A stretch of DNA of 64,000 nucleotides from Octopus sinensis (taxonomy: Eukaryota), in assembly GCF_006345805.1 (NCBI RefSeq), contig NC_043015.1, forward strand, positions 7,440,001 through 7,504,000, read 5' to 3'. Under the pieces are notes generated by a model that was not told the origin of the DNA, made no database searches, and saw nothing but the letters and a program-made list of their open reading frames with translations. How positions within the stretch are numbered: the first letter of the stretch is position 1; each line of letters starts with the position of its first letter. Shown here piece after piece: positions 1-14,550 of this stretch. Position numbers and translations under genes: made by a program.

Positions 1-28
1 AAAACATATTTTGTGATATTCTTTCATC

Positions 29-293
29 CTTTTACTTGTTTCAGTCATCTGACTGCAGCCATGCTGGAGATCCGCCTTGAAGTATTTTAGTCGAAGGAAT
101 CGACCCTAGAACGTCTTTCTTAAAAGTCTAGTCCTTTTTCAATCGACATCAACAGCGGTTGTCAAGCGGTGATGGGAAACAAACAGAGACACAAAGACAC
201 ACACATAGACACGTACGTTTCAATTTCCCTCTACCAAACCTACTCACAACCATGTGATTGGTAAGCAAGCTTCTTAGCATACAGCCTCGCCTA
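29..293 (-). mobile_element. SINE family A, degraded and internally deleted copy
   Basis: Reverse complement of the family tail (tttacttgtttcagtcat..gactgcagccatgctggag) plus head remnants (accatgtgattggtaagcaagct..acagcc); similar to the full copies at 4671 and 25252. Confidence 0.75.
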
Positions 294-3200
294 CGACATT
301 TTATAATATAAATAATATATATTAGTAAGTAGATCATATTCGTAAATTCAGTCTTTATCATATCTGAGTGCGTATATGCATACATGTACATATACTTAGA
401 CACATAATTACACACATACGTAAATACGTGCACGAAATTATACTTGTTTGCGTGTATGTCTGTGGGTGAGTAGATAGTGCTTAAAAGTCTAGAACGATAA
501 AGTTTCAGGATCGACAGAACGCAAGTAGCATCATTATCTATCCCCCGGGATTCAAAATCGCCCTTAACCCATTTTAGGTTTATAAATTAAGCAATCGTTT
601 CAAAGGCGGGTGTCAATTAAACCGAATATATTTGTAACGCAAATACTTTTGCCCTTTTGCTTAATTTAGAAGTATTGTGTACGAATCGATATCGCAACCC
701 GAACTACAAAGATATTTTCGATATAAATAGAATGTAAATAATATTTGTATTAAATTGTGGTGACTTGATTTTGAAAGTACACTTCACAACTGTACATCTA
801 ACCACACACAGATATATTTATGTTCCATATATATATACATACATAGGGAGAGAAAGGGAGAGATAAATTGCTATGCATAGATAGAAGATATAATGAGAAA
901 GAAAGTGATAAATTGCTATACATAGATAGAAAGATAGATATATAGAAAGATAGATAGATAGATACGTACATTCATACATACATACACACGTACGTACATA
1001 CTGATGTACACTGACACCCTCATATATATATATTTATAAGTATGTATGTTGAATATATATGTATACACAGAAACGCATATTATTCACTGATTTAATAAGT
1101 TGACCGTTTTGTAAATTTATTTAATTATCTCCCTCCCTCTCACATTTCATACCTTGTACACTTAGGACAATGAAAGTAATACAATGTATCTGCAGGCAAA
1201 AAATGATCTGTATTAAAAGTTTCGTATAATGACATTAACTTTAACAGTTATGAAAATTAATACCCTGAAGTGAATTTTTCATTGTTAGACTCTCGTGAAG
1301 TCTACATATCATGTTTCCTCGGAGAACCTATCCCCAAACTAATCTATAGTACACTTAGTATAACAGAATTAGTTCAAGAAGGAGAAAAGAGAATACAAGC
1401 CACATAACGAACGTAAATCATTATGGTTATAGGATACTGTGAATGTCTAGAATTTGTGCAGGAACTTGAGCTGGTACATATTCTCAAACAGATATTCTGA
1501 AATTCAAAGTGACAGCCTATCTTTCATGATGGTATTCTAAGAATTATAGGGAAAAAGTAAAAATGAAAAATAAAAAAATACAGTACTTTATAAAAAAAAA
1601 TGAAACAAAAACAATCAGCATAGCTGATACCATTAAAGGACGAATGACATAGTACGGTACATATTTACGAAGATAAGTTGGTAAAAAGAATGCATTTGTA
1701 TGGATATGAGCCATTTCTGGAAAGTCATTTATCTTTTATTTGCATGTAAGTGAAAAACGAAGAAAAATAAGTAAATAAATATAAATAAATAATATATAAA
1801 TATATATCTATCTTCTTTAGCACCAATGTTTAATGCTTACACGTATCTCTGTCTAGGATTGATGTCTCAAGTCACGTCTTATTTTCGATTTATTTACCAA
1901 AACCATAAAATAAAAACCATTCTGAAATATTTTATGTATATCTGTGAAGCTACTATCTTCTCGGTAGGGATTTCTTATCGTGTATAATGTATTGGGGCGT
2001 GATAATGTGTAAAACGCCTGCAACTAAATGTTCGCTCAGCCAGAAATTTCTGTTCTATTGAAATAAACAAAAGAGTGAAGGAAAGGGAAAGAAAAACAAT
2101 GTGTGATGGAAAGCTGAAAGAGAGAGAGAGAGAGAAAAAGAAAGAGAGTGACCGCGAAAGAGAATGAGAGAGAGAGACAAAGATACTGACTCAGAGAGAA
2201 AGAAAGAGAAAAAGAAACTGAGACAGATAAAAAGAAAAATCTATGCAAAGACAAACTAACACCCCACCGACAAAAAGAAAAGAAAAGAAAAATGTTCGTA
2301 CACAGAATTACTATTCTGAAATGCAAAAATAAAATATATGCTTTGAAAGTGTAATTCTTCTTGTTTTGCATCAGCATTTCTGAGATCTTAATTTCAGTAA
2401 TACGTATGAAAACATCATCCTTTTATGACATAGCTTTTATTCAAAACATTCTTTATAACTTTTTTTTTTATTATATAACATTTCTTTCTAAATTTTTCCT
2501 TGTTCACCACATTTTGCCTTTTATGTCAATTCTCTTTATTATAGCAGAGATAAACTATATTACTGTTGCATGTGAAAATTGTGCAAAGTATATTAGATAT
2601 TTTATCTCTCCGTACCGACCATATAATAAAAACAATACAAAAATAATCAAAACGCATACTTAATTCAAAGTTTCACACATATACGGGTGACGTATCACAC
2701 TAAGAATTGCAAAAAGATGGAATTTTGTCTTTAAACATCAAAGAACATTAACTCCTGTGTTGTCTGAAATTATCGAATTAGTATAAATAATGCAAATTAT
2801 CTTTCACTTTCTATTTTTTATATCAGTATATGCAAGATGTACATGAAAACAAAACTTAGATATGTAGAATATTGTAAATCTAGTATTATTTTAGCGAAGA
2901 GATATAAAAGAAATAGTCTCAGGTAGACGAAATTATTGTGTAAATTACATACCACACAACATTTTTACATTTCGTATCACTCTTAATGTATTGTGTCCTT
3001 TTCTAACATTACTATCAACAGTAAGTGGAACTATAACCATCTTTTTTGTTTCCCCTGTGCAGTTATCATACTGCTTCTTATGCCATCCCATAGAAAGTGA
3101 GCGACAATGTAAAGCGAGAAATCTTACCACTTATTCAGTATTTGAATCGGGTATTTTAGCGAATATCCCTCAGTACTGCATCGACCGTAGATGTAGTGTA

Positions 3201-4670
3201 AATTTTAGTCATCTTAAGTTTTGACGTGGCTTAATCAGGCTAGAAACATCGGCCTTGAAGAGTGGTGAATTCACAGCACGTGCCATATGCTAAAGAGATG
3301 AAGTTGGGCAAAATGGGAGAATCTGGGGCTTTGAGTCTGATGGTGATATTTCTAAGAAATTAGATATTACAGCTAATACAATCTAATAAAATACATTTTA
3401 ACTTAATTGTAATTAGTTTTAACTGAGTTGTAACTTAGTTGTAATTAGCATCCCTGTAGAACATTATGCATACGGTGAGCGAAAACATGACTGATGTTTC
3501 TCTGATGTCCTTTGCTTCTATAAATCCTAGTAATTTCCACAGAAATTAACGTGGGGCACTAGAATTAGATCGAACTGTATAAGAACAAAAGGTTAATAAA
3601 CACTAAGCAGAATCAACATTTTCTCTTTCAAACGTTGAGAGAAGGCGTTTTGTAAAACGCCATGTGGTAAGAGTAGGCTCTATGAGAGTAAGTGTACAGG
3701 AACTCTGCATTGGAAAAATAAATAACTTTCCTTTAATATTTCATGAAGTACACATTTTATAAAAGCAAATATTTATTTTTTAATGATTTATATGGGAGCA
3801 AAGTTTATAGATGTAAACTACTTTTGTTTTGTTAATAAATCATTAGATGCATCTTAAAAACCGATACTTATAATTTAATAATTCATAAGATGTACGCAAA
3901 ACAGTGAAATTCCGCCACCACCATAAAAAAAGGAATAACGCATCTATTAATTTTCCATACTGTGGAAGTACTCAAGGTCAAAAACCGTGTTGGGATAAAT
4001 GACTCTTACATTAATGAACCGAGTGTGCTATTAGCACACATCGTTTTAAAGAAAGCGCGGTCCCCCTATGACAAAGTGCAACATAAACCAGCTTATTCAC
4101 GTTCAGATATTACGGAGCATATTGTGAATATTGTTTGTATTCTCGGTGTAGTAAATGTACGTCGTGGATTTCTTTCAGTATGATAAACATCAAGAGATAT
4201 CAGCAAATATTTCTTTTTTGTTGACGTCTATAATCAAGAGCTAGTAATCTTTTAGATTCATTGATCCGAGTGTAGATACGAGTGCGGTGACACACAATAA
4301 AGTCAAAATACTGCAGTATCTCAAACTAATTTTCCGTCAATGAATCAAATGTGTTGTGAACACATCGTCTTATGCGAGGATACTATCTCCGATGACGAAA
4401 CGCGGCGATCAGGATACATGTGTAACAGTCTTCCTGAACTTATTGAGAGTGAATAAATGCTAGGGACTTTTTTCTGAACATATTAATGAATATATGTTAC
4501 TACTTTATTTCATTTCAGAAATAAGACGGAAAAAACAATTCGGATGTAGCTGATTGTTTATTAAAAACCATATGCACAATGCTTAAACAGTGACTTTGGT
4601 GCAAACGGAACCAACGCTTTATTGGATGACATGATTGTGTTTTCACTACTGTGAGAGTAGATGGCATACA

Positions 4671-4882
4671 CTTTTACTCTTTTACATGTTTCAGTCACTT
4701 GACTATGGCCATGCTCGATCACCGCCTTTAGTCGAGCACATCAACCCCCAGGACTCATTCTTTGTAAGCTTAGTACTTATTCTATCGGTCTGTTTTGTCG
4801 TACTGCTAAGTTACGGGGACGTAAACACAACAGCATCGGTTGTCAAGCGATATTGGGGGGACAAATAGACACACAACCACAG

Positions 4883-4946
<64 letters not shown>

Positions 4947-5103
4947 GACGGACTTCTTTCAGTTTCCGTCTACCAAATCCACTCACAAGGCTTTGGTCGG
5001 TTCGAGGCAATAGTAAAAGACACTTGTCCAATGTGCCACGCAGTGGGACTGAACCCGGAATCATGTGGATCGTAAGCAAGCTACTTACCACACAGCCACT
5101 CCT
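4671..5103 (-). mobile_element. SINE family A (tRNA-derived, internal (TA)n(TG)n tract), full length
   Basis: Minus strand reads aggagtggctgtgtggtaagtagcttgc (A-box-like), gggttcagtccc (B-box-like), body, internal microsatellite, and tail gactgaaacatgtaaaagagtaaaag. Multi-copy in this window. Confidence 0.9.
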
Positions 5104-5734
5104 ACGGCTTAGGAAATGTTCTGTGTAAACTCATTACTTTTTGATGGAAAAAGAATAGCGAAATTTAAAAATTGCAGTCTAAATATATATAACATTTCGT
5201 TATATTATTTGTATAGTTCAGAACTAAATGAAAATGCATGTGATCTGTTAGGAAAGTTCCAAAAGGCAAAAAAAGAAAATTAAGTTTACGTAGTTCCAAG
5301 ACTGTTACAGCTATTGTCGTCGTTGGGTTTTTTTGTTATTTTTTATGGAATAGCCATAATTAAAAAACAAACTCCAATCATATCTAAAATATTATATTTG
5401 AGTATTTAGAACTACAATGCCACCTTGCTCCCTTCTTTTCTCATATGGCAGAGTGACATTTGAAGGAAATTTGCGGGGTCATTTCGTAATCAACCAGCGG
5501 CCGGGTTGTGAATTCTTCACTTGACCATCAAAACTACCATTTGAAATGGTATACTCATGCTGACTAATTTTTAAACTCCTCGCTGGAAAGGCACCCCGTC
5601 TGCAACTTAGAGTGATCGGCTATACACTCGACATTAAACGTTTACACATTGCGCAGCTTGACTGCGTATGACTCACCCATATGTAGAACTAACAATTCTA
5701 ATTCACAATATGTGTGCGTGTGTTTATGTGTGTA

Positions 5735-5765
<31 letters not shown>

Positions 5766-6877
5766 ATAAGACGCATATATTGTGGACAGCATAGGAAAGT
5801 TTTGCAATATGGAGTGGTTGTGTGCATTGAAGTGTCTCGGCAATTGTCTTAAATTTGAAATATCGTCTGGCTCTTAAAAACAACTCTACCATTCGAGGCA
5901 CATATATAAGACGGCTAATTTGGTGGTTGCTATGTAAACGGTCAAAATTTATAATGTGTAGCATTTATAGAATGTTTGGAGGTTTTCATCGATTTATTAA
6001 TCAAGAGAAGAAAAATCAGTATCGGTCTGCATGTGAAGTATTGATATATATATATAGTGATAGTGTTGGACTTGCTGACTGAATCGATGTTCGATATAGC
6101 AGTTTGAATTTAAAGTAGAAAATTGGTAAAGTCGTTAAAGCTTAGCATAGAATATCTAGAGTTATATTATTGTGGTATTAGTTTAAATTCCACCAGTTTA
6201 GCTTCTCTCTTAGGCCAAATTTTCCTTTCGTCCCTTCAGGATCTATAAATAAATTTTAAGTTTTATTTTGAGATTGATTTCCTGTGTGTTTCATTGTCTC
6301 TTACTTGCATTCGCTTTCACTCTCAGAATCAGATACAGGAAAAGACCAAGAAATGACTACTCAGCAGTTAGACCCTAAGATTCATCATAGATAAAAGGGG
6401 CAAGAAATGTTTACTACTTCTTATCACATGTACTATACCAGAGGACACAATTTCAACCTGGTATAATAGATGCACATGTTAAAAAAAGCAATGAATCCTT
6501 TTTCGTATAAAACAGCGAAAACTGTGATCAGCTACTACCAGAATTTGGTATTTTGTTATGTGCTTCTATTTTTTATGTCTTCCCATTATATTTCTTTTAG
6601 GATACATCTCGCTTTTTAATTTTCTTTTAAATTCTCTGTTTGTACCTGAGTATTTTACTACGGTAGCTCGTATCAGTTGAAATTTATTAGCTTTGTGACC
6701 AAACACATAAAACATTGACTAACATGTGTTATATATATAATGAATACTATTATCACATACTTACATGTGTATGTGCTTTTGTATTTATGTAATTGTATCT
6801 GTTGTATGCAATAACAACATTGTTAAATTTATATAGCCATCTATGTATCACGTATTCGTGTAATGTGTGAGTTTAAA

Positions 6878-6973
<96 letters not shown>

Positions 6974-6984
6974 TATATATGTAT

Positions 6985-7375
6985 GCGTAGGAGTGGCTCA
7001 GCGGTAAGTAGCTTGCTTATGAACTACATGGTTCAGGGTTCAGTCCCACCGTGTGGTACCTTGGGCAAGTGTTTTCTATAGCCTCGAGCCGACCAAAGCC
7101 TTGTGAGTGGATTTGGTTGACGGAAACTGAATGAAGCCCGTCGTATATATGTATATGTATGTGTGTGTATATGTGTGCGTGTCTGTGTTTGCCCCTCCAA
7201 CATCGCTTGAAAACCGATGGTGGTGTGTTTATGTCCCAGTAACTTAGAGGTTCGGCAAAATAACCAATAGAATAAGTACTTGACTTACACAGAATAATTC
7301 CTGGGGTCCATGTGCTCGACTAAAGGCGGTGCTCCAGCATGGCCACAGTCAAATGACTGAAACAAGTAAAGAGTA
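6985..7375 (+). mobile_element. SINE family A, full length
   Basis: gcgtaggagtggctcagcggtaagtagcttgc...gggttcagtccc...gctccagcatggccacagtcaaatgactgaaacaagtaaagagta. Confidence 0.9.
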
Positions 7376-8029
7376 TACATACACAAATACATGCATATAT
7401 ATATATACACACATCCAATTGCACTCGCAAAAATGCACATATATACGCGCATACATGCACACGCACATGATATAACTCACACACATATATACAAGAAGAA
7501 ATAAGCTTATCTGTTCAAAACCCATGACGTAAGAAAATTGAGGAACCAAAGTAATATACCGCAGTATAGGAGACAAAGGGCAGCGAAGGAGTGTCATCTG
7601 TCTTCAGTATAGCTTATATACAACAAAATATGGTTGTATTTGCTTAAAACAATATTATATAAACACATGACTTCTATCTTTGTTTTTTGCTCTACTTCTT
7701 CATTTTTCAGCGATATTAGAAATATAAACGAAAATGAACACAGACAACAATTTTCACTTCGATTATTTTTCCTTTCAATATAAGCCGTCTTGAATTTGAC
7801 TACTTCAATCTTTACAATAAAACAAACAAATAAACTAAGAACAACAATAACACTAACAACAAACATTGTCGAAATGGCGCCTATTATATTGAATACTTTC
7901 CATGTTGGTAACACTCCTCCATTGTTTGTATTCGTTAAATTATTTAAATCCCTTTATTTCTTAAATGAAATATATTAGTATTCATTTTTTTCATTTAAAA
8001 ACATTCCAATTTACATAAATATACACCGA

Positions 8030-8344
8030 AATGCATACAAACACATATATACACGCTCGCTCACGCGCTCACACACGCGCAAATGTACATGCATATATGT
8101 GTGTGTGTGTGAGTGTGTGAATATGTGTGAATGTGTGTGTGCATATATACATATATGTATATATACATATATATATATAAATACGTATATATATACATAT
8201 ATACATACATATATATATACATATACATATACACATACATATACATACACACATATACATACACACACATACACACATACATACACACACACATACACAC
8301 ATACATACACACACACACATACATACACACACACACACATACAT

Positions 8345-8390
<46 letters not shown>

Positions 8391-8412
8391 CATATATATA
8401 TATATATCTATA
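8030..8412. repeat. Compound (CA)n/(TG)n/(TA)n/(TACA)n microsatellite
   Basis: Direct reading; explains the stacked YI/HT/CV ORFs here. Confidence 0.95.
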
Positions 8413-9110
8413 TACGTGGGTGTACGTATAATAATGTGAGTGTGTTTATTATAGCCATATTTACATAGATATGAATGTTCAAGAGTGTAGTTATATGCGT
8501 AACCATACACGCTTAATGCAATGCGAGCTTGAACACTTCAATGCTATGCTCTTTATACAAAGAATAGTATAAAATTGCGCATACTTTTATATATATATTT
8601 CTTTTGAAATTCAATATATGCGTTCCACTTTCGTAACATTCGAAAGAGAAATAATTTCAGTTCTTTAATAAAATTTAAGACAAACGCGAATGAAATATTG
8701 CAGCTTGGCATTTTTCAGCAATTACTGCTTTAATGTGAAACATCATAGAGTTAGCTTATTGAAAATAGAAACATATTTAGAATAATATGATCAGAAACAG
8801 GCAAAACAAAAGAAAATATAAGGAAGCATTATTTAGACAACTTTAAACTCTCTCTCCATCTCTCCCTCTCACCCTGTGTGTCTATATATATATATATTAT
8901 ATATATATATATATATTATATTCATGTGTGTATCGATCGATGTTGCTTCTTTTATATATTTTAATCTTTCCAAGCCATTTTCTCTGTATACATGAACATA
9001 AGGAAATTTTGCTGCCAAAACGGTAAATTTAGGAAGAGTTTTAAAGATTAATCAGTTTACAAAATATTTCAAAATATAATTTCATTTCCATAGTTTTCTT
9101 TACATTATTT

Positions 9111-9150
<40 letters not shown>

Positions 9151-9489
9151 GAATGTGCTTGTGTACATTTATCTATATACATGTACACACACATAGACTT
9201 AAACATTTATTTACGTGTATATATATTATGTCAGGTCGCTCTTCAGCGCTAGTGGTAATATGTAATCCAGTACAACTTGTAGCATGGTCGTGCCGCGGCC
9301 GACTAAACTGACGACTCTACCTAGCTTGTTTGGTGAGGAGGGGTGATTGTTGAACACCCAGTCGTACGAATGATAAAAGCCGTAAAATGTCTGTCAACAG
9401 CTATCCAATAATGTGTACATATGTATATATATTCCTTATATATTTTAATTTTATCTTTATTTTCAAATTATATATTTTTGTGGTCGACG

Positions 9490-10080
9490 TTGGATTGTCT
9501 AAGTTGTTACCGTAAGGACAAAAATAGACGTGTCAGGTGTCGTAACAACTCTTTTGCACGGAGTTGAGATTTGTACAACTTATGGTAGGCACATCAGTAC
9601 ACTGATCAACTTGCATATGATATGCGTTTGGGATATGTACAAGGTTGAGTGGTATGAAAGAGTGAAAAATAGCACTATATTGGAATGTGGAATATCCGGT
9701 AGAGAAGCTTTCTTGATCATGTCTCAGATGCTACGTTGTGGACAAATCCTTCGCATGAATAGTAATTGAAGAGCAAACGAGATTTTTTATGGTCAGCTTG
9801 TAAATTCAAGAAGCAATGTAGGCCGGATACTTCTATGTTATAAGGACAGATTAAAAATTTAATTTAAATGCTTGGATATTGGGAAAGAAAACATAGAATC
9901 TTGCGAGAAATCCTGCAGACTGAAAGCGATAATGCATTTTCAAGCTTTAATATTCCCATACTCAAACGGTACTTCATCAAGAGCAGTTGTGGGAAAAGTC
10001 TTCCCGACAAGCAACTATCGTCTAACTTCCCACAAGCAACCATTGTCCACATTGGGATTTCTCACATACGTCACAAGATG
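9490..10080 (+). mobile_element. RTE-clade non-LTR retrotransposon, decayed 3' (post-RT) fragment
   Basis: With frameshifts and stops it translates to TKID..VVTTLLHGVEICTTYGRHI...KVEWYERVKNSTILECGISGREAFLIMSQ...GQILRM..NEIFYGQL...VGRILLCYKDRLK. This matches the RTE C-terminal pattern TK..VY..VV..TLLYGCE.WT.Y.RH...W.D.V.N..VL...LRW.GHV.RM....PK..FYG.L....R..GRP..RYKD.LK. Confidence 0.8.
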
Positions 10081-10276
10081 GTTTCATACGCCATACTCAT
10101 ACTCATATTGTTTTCCTTAACATAAGGTGTTACAAGGTGTAGTAAATAAAATATAAACATTGGTGAAAAATAGTAATAATAATGTGAATGTGTGTGTGAT
10201 TGTATCTCTGGATGTATTCTGTGTCTATCTTCTCACTCAACACTCACTCATCGTCTTCGATGGGAGAGTCACACAC

Positions 10277-10307
<31 letters not shown>

Positions 10308-10422
10308 TATGTATATACATGTATATATATATATACGTATATATATGTATTATATATATATATACATGTAATATATATTTTGTATATATATGTATGTATA
10401 TATGTATATCTATATGTAATCT

Positions 10423-10450
10423 AGTTAATCCAAACAAGAAAACACAAAAA
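10423..10450. mobile_element. Terminal fragment of the TA-resident element found at 51384-51589
   Basis: agttaatccaaacaagaaaacacaaaaa is nearly identical to the start of the 51384 element, and is also embedded in a TA-rich tract. Confidence 0.6.
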
Positions 10451-10546
10451 CTATATGTATATTATATATGATATATAATGTATTCTATATATATATGTAT
10501 ATCTATATGTATATATATTGTATATCTATATGTATATAATTGTATC

Positions 10547-10590
<44 letters not shown>

Positions 10591-10985
10591 CCTACATGCA
10601 CATATTTACACAACCACGCACACGCACACACTCATATATGTATACATTAATTGATTTCATTTGTTTCCTTTGGATAAAAGCCATATATTATCATTGCCAG
10701 TATTCTAAAGATTTGAATTCCCCCAAAAGACTGGTATTTTATTTTATATACCTTGTAAAGATGTAAAAGCAAATCGAGCCCGAGGGTATTTAATCTTGGA
10801 ACAAAACGGAATACTATGATCGCGGAGCAGTAGATTTTATACTGCTTAACCACATAACTATTGAAACCTGATATGTTTTTATCAGACAGTTCACAAAATG
10901 AAATTAAACGAAATACTCACAATATAAGAAATACGTATAATGACTTACACACACTGACGTAGCCTGTAAAGTTATATATGTAATG

Positions 10986-11034
<49 letters not shown>

Positions 11035-11262
11035 TATATATATATATGAAAATTCTTGTGTATTTATAAGGGTGTGTGTGTCAGAGTTTGACAAACTCGG
11101 CTCGTTCATTGTTTATTTTTAGTTGTTGAATGTGTTTTGCTGCAAGGTGCTGCAATTTGAAGTGGGTTCTAATCGACTCTTAGGAATCAAACGGAACAGA
11201 ATACTAGCTTACAAGCTGATTATCATTGTGCACAATATACGAAGATAAGTTTGTCTGTGTTA

Positions 11263-11440
11263 TGTTGGTTGTTCAGCACCAGATCAAAATGAACTAGAAC
11301 AGAATTCGGTTTTTATTGATTTACCAATTTGTTCCACATTATCTAGGAGTACATTGCATAATGCGTGATTTTCTTCTTTTAAGATGCACCGTGAACTTTG
11401 AGTGAGGCTGATTGCTATTTCTGGCGAATCGAGTGACACA
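11263..11440 (-). mobile_element. Old, degraded SINE-like repeat (family D)
   Basis: Reverse complement shares the cac.cga...gaaatagca and tgatctggtg..aacaac segments with 20087-20310. The similarity is weak. Confidence 0.35.
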
Positions 11441-11568
11441 GCACAAATGTCAATGAATTAAAATGATTTTCCTATTATATAAACAAGGTGTAGTGCGGTA
11501 TATCTTCCATGAACATATCCCCAGATTAACAAAATTTTGATTAAACGATTTCACCCAACACCGTTTCA

Positions 11569-11888
11569 TAGAGAGAGATAGAGAGAGAGGGATAGAGGGA
11601 GATGGAAAGAGAGAAATATAGGAGAGATAGAGAGAGAGAGAAGGAAAGAAAAAGAGACATAGAAAGAGTGAGAGAGGGAAAGACAGACAGAGGGAGATAG
11701 ACATAGAGAGGGGCATAGAGAGAGATGGAAAGACAGAAAGAGAGACATAGAAAGAGAGACAGACAGAGAGAGATATACATAGAGAGGGAGAGAGAGATGG
11801 AAAGAGAGAGACATAGAAAGAGAGAGAGAGAGAGAGAAAAAAAAGAGGGAGAGAAAGAAAGAGAGAGAGTCATAGAAAGAGAGAGAGA
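11569..11888. repeat. GA-rich polypurine repeat with recurring AGAGAGACATAGAAAG sub-units
   Basis: Direct reading. Confidence 0.95.
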
Positions 11889-14221
11889 TGTGCTTCATAG
11901 TGGTTGGTTTCATGCTTCTAGTTATGCTCCCTTAACACCCACGGTTTTTCCAGTTAACCCTCACCCAGAAATAATAATGCCCCATCATTTCTAAATGTCG
12001 GTACTGGCTTTCCTTCTTCCTCTGCATTCGTCGTCTTGGAACATTTTAAACGGAATATCTATGAAATCGATTTCTGCAGTCACGGAGCGCCTGTCACGTC
12101 ATGGGTAGTGCCGTTTCCTCCCAGACAAAACAAATAAAGTGTGGCGTTTAAAACATTGATTGATAACAGATATAAACATACATACGAATATATTAATAAT
12201 ATATTTCAACAGATTTCATTTCTTTACATGATTTATCTTCGCTATGTCGATATACGTCAGATATATTTTCACTAAAAATAGAATTTCTTTCGTTTTATTT
12301 TATGCGAGTTCTTTTTTTTTTTTAATGTAAAACAAAACAATGTCTTGTACGGTATTTTCTGAAGTGAAAGGTTAAGGAAAACGTCTCTGCTTTGATCAGA
12401 TGTTTATTCCTGCAGGCAGAAATTTGTCAGTTTAAACCGGAATGTGAAAATTTTCTATCATATGACTTGTCATATGTCAGTGTAGAACTGGAATGCTGTC
12501 AAGTTAGTACACTTGTAGTTTCGGTATAATACATATTTACAGGTATCAAATTCGTTGCCTTACAGTCTTCTGTGCTAAAGTCTGTCTAGATCAATGTAAC
12601 CTATTTAAACTTTTGTTACAATCAATGTAATTTTGAATGAAATGGCCAAACAATTTTTAACTTCTTCGCTCGCTACAAGTGAACATGATGTTAGACAATG
12701 TCAGACAACGTCAGATAATGTAAACGAATGAAAAAAAAATGTCCATTCTCGTTCAGTTTAGTTGCATTTGTTCAGACAAGCAGTGTGGTTAAACATTTCG
12801 ATTTTCGGACTGTGCAATGCCATGTTCTAATTCCCTGCACGGCAAGCAAGTATAGTGTCTTCTTCTGCTGCCTCATGGGGAACAAATTCTAGAAAAGGAG
12901 CTTATTTCTCGAGATAGTTGCAGTGCTTGGAAAAGTATGTACATATTATACACTATAAAGCTTTTTATGCACATAAAAAGCTTCGTAATTAAACAGCTTA
13001 TGCAATTATTGTTCCACTGGAATTGACTAAAAGTACACTACTACTAGAAACAACAACAACAACAACAACACACTCGTATTCATGATGTTTCGGAAATGCA
13101 CGCATACACCCCAACGCGTAAAGGCACACCCGTACACAGGCATATACATGAGTATCGTAAGCGATAAACTCTTTTGTTTCAAATTTATATGTGTATTTGA
13201 GACTTAGCAAGTAGACTAATATGTGCGGTCATGTGTGAGTGAGACCACGGAAAAACAAACCGTAATGAGTGAATGCAGAATATGAACGAAACAAAAAAAA
13301 TCGATACAAGAACACATGTGTTAGATCAAGGGACTAACCACATTCCAATCAGCTGTTCCTGTATATTATCTTCGCTTAACTACGCCGTGAATATCTCATT
13401 ATTTCCGAAAAACTAAAATAATCAGGATGTCTTCTTGACGTGAGATCGTCAAAGTTCACTATTATGTTTTGAAATTATACATTTGCGTGATTGTGAAAAT
13501 GTGTCACCCTTCGTATATGTAGGAGTTCTAGCACAATCGCCTCCTGTACACTTTTCGTAAATGCCCACTAAATGCTATTAAGGTCAGACCACGTCTTATC
13601 GTTCGATTTTATATCTAAATATATTCCGTTGCATCAGATATCGGTATTGATTTATGATGAGATAAAAAAATAGCGAAAAAAAGGTTACAATATTTGTAGG
13701 TTGAAGCGAGAACCGGCCAATTAAATACCTGACATATATTTTATCGAAACCGAAAAGCTAAAAGGAGAAATGTAACCCAGTGTGATTTGAACTTCAAACG
13801 CAAAATGGCAGAAGTAATTATTGAATGATATATGAAACAGAACTGTATAATGTCTAGCATTGCATCAGCTTCTAAGTAAAATCAATAATAAGGCTACAAT
13901 ACTTTCCTCACTGTCAACACTAAGTAAGTACACATCCCTACTACTTTGTAGCAGTTTCTGTTCTGACAATTACAATAAACATTTCATTCCAAAGAATTTG
14001 GTTAAGAGAAGCACATCACTATAACCAGACAAGGCGTTTTGATAGTTCATAGTCACCGCTTTTGTATGCAAATATTTCTTCAGACAGAAAATAAACCATT
14101 ATGAACAGAGTTTAAGAACTCACTAACAAGTCTAAGTCAATGCTCTTTCATATCTCTTAACTGGGAGATTCGTGCCTAGAGGCAAAGCCAAGTCGAGGGT
14201 AGTTGGCATAAGTATTTCGGC

Positions 14222-14344
14222 ATATATATATATAATATATATATATATATATTGTATATATATGTACGTATATATACATATATATATGTATATATATATG
14301 TACATATATATACACATATATTTATATATGTATGTGTATATACT

Positions 14345-14384
<40 letters not shown>

Positions 14385-14550
14385 GTTTACATATGTATAT
14401 ATATATATACATGTGCATATATATATATACATATATATACATACACACACACACCCATATATATATATATATATAATTATATATATATGCCTATGTATGT
14501 ATACATGCCTGTGTGTCGATTCACATATATTCGTATATACATATATACGT
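14222..14550. repeat. Degenerate (TA)n/(TATG)n/(TACA)n microsatellite
   Basis: Direct reading. Confidence 0.95.

Noticed and set aside
4385-4415. Hammerhead-like CCGATGA-C-GAAACGCG
   Set aside because: No stem II, no convincing stem I, and no NUH in the right position.
3962-4440. Possible Tc3/maT-like transposase N-terminus (RFKES..D, TISDDET)
   Set aside because: Similarity too faint; no TIR pair or catalytic motifs found.
8011-8439. Stacked ORFs rich in Y/I/C/V/H/T (also near 10.2k, 14.2k, 15k, 17.5k, 23.5-24.6k, 33.4k, 38.3k, 46.5k and 56k)
   Set aside because: Translations of (TA)n/(CA)n/(TG)n microsatellites, which lack stop codons; not genes.
12958-12983. 12 bp-arm hairpin aagctttttatg-ca-cataaaaagctt (similar AT-rich one at 17170-17197)
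   Set aside because: Short and AT-rich, with no supporting context; probably a local quasi-palindrome correction or chance.
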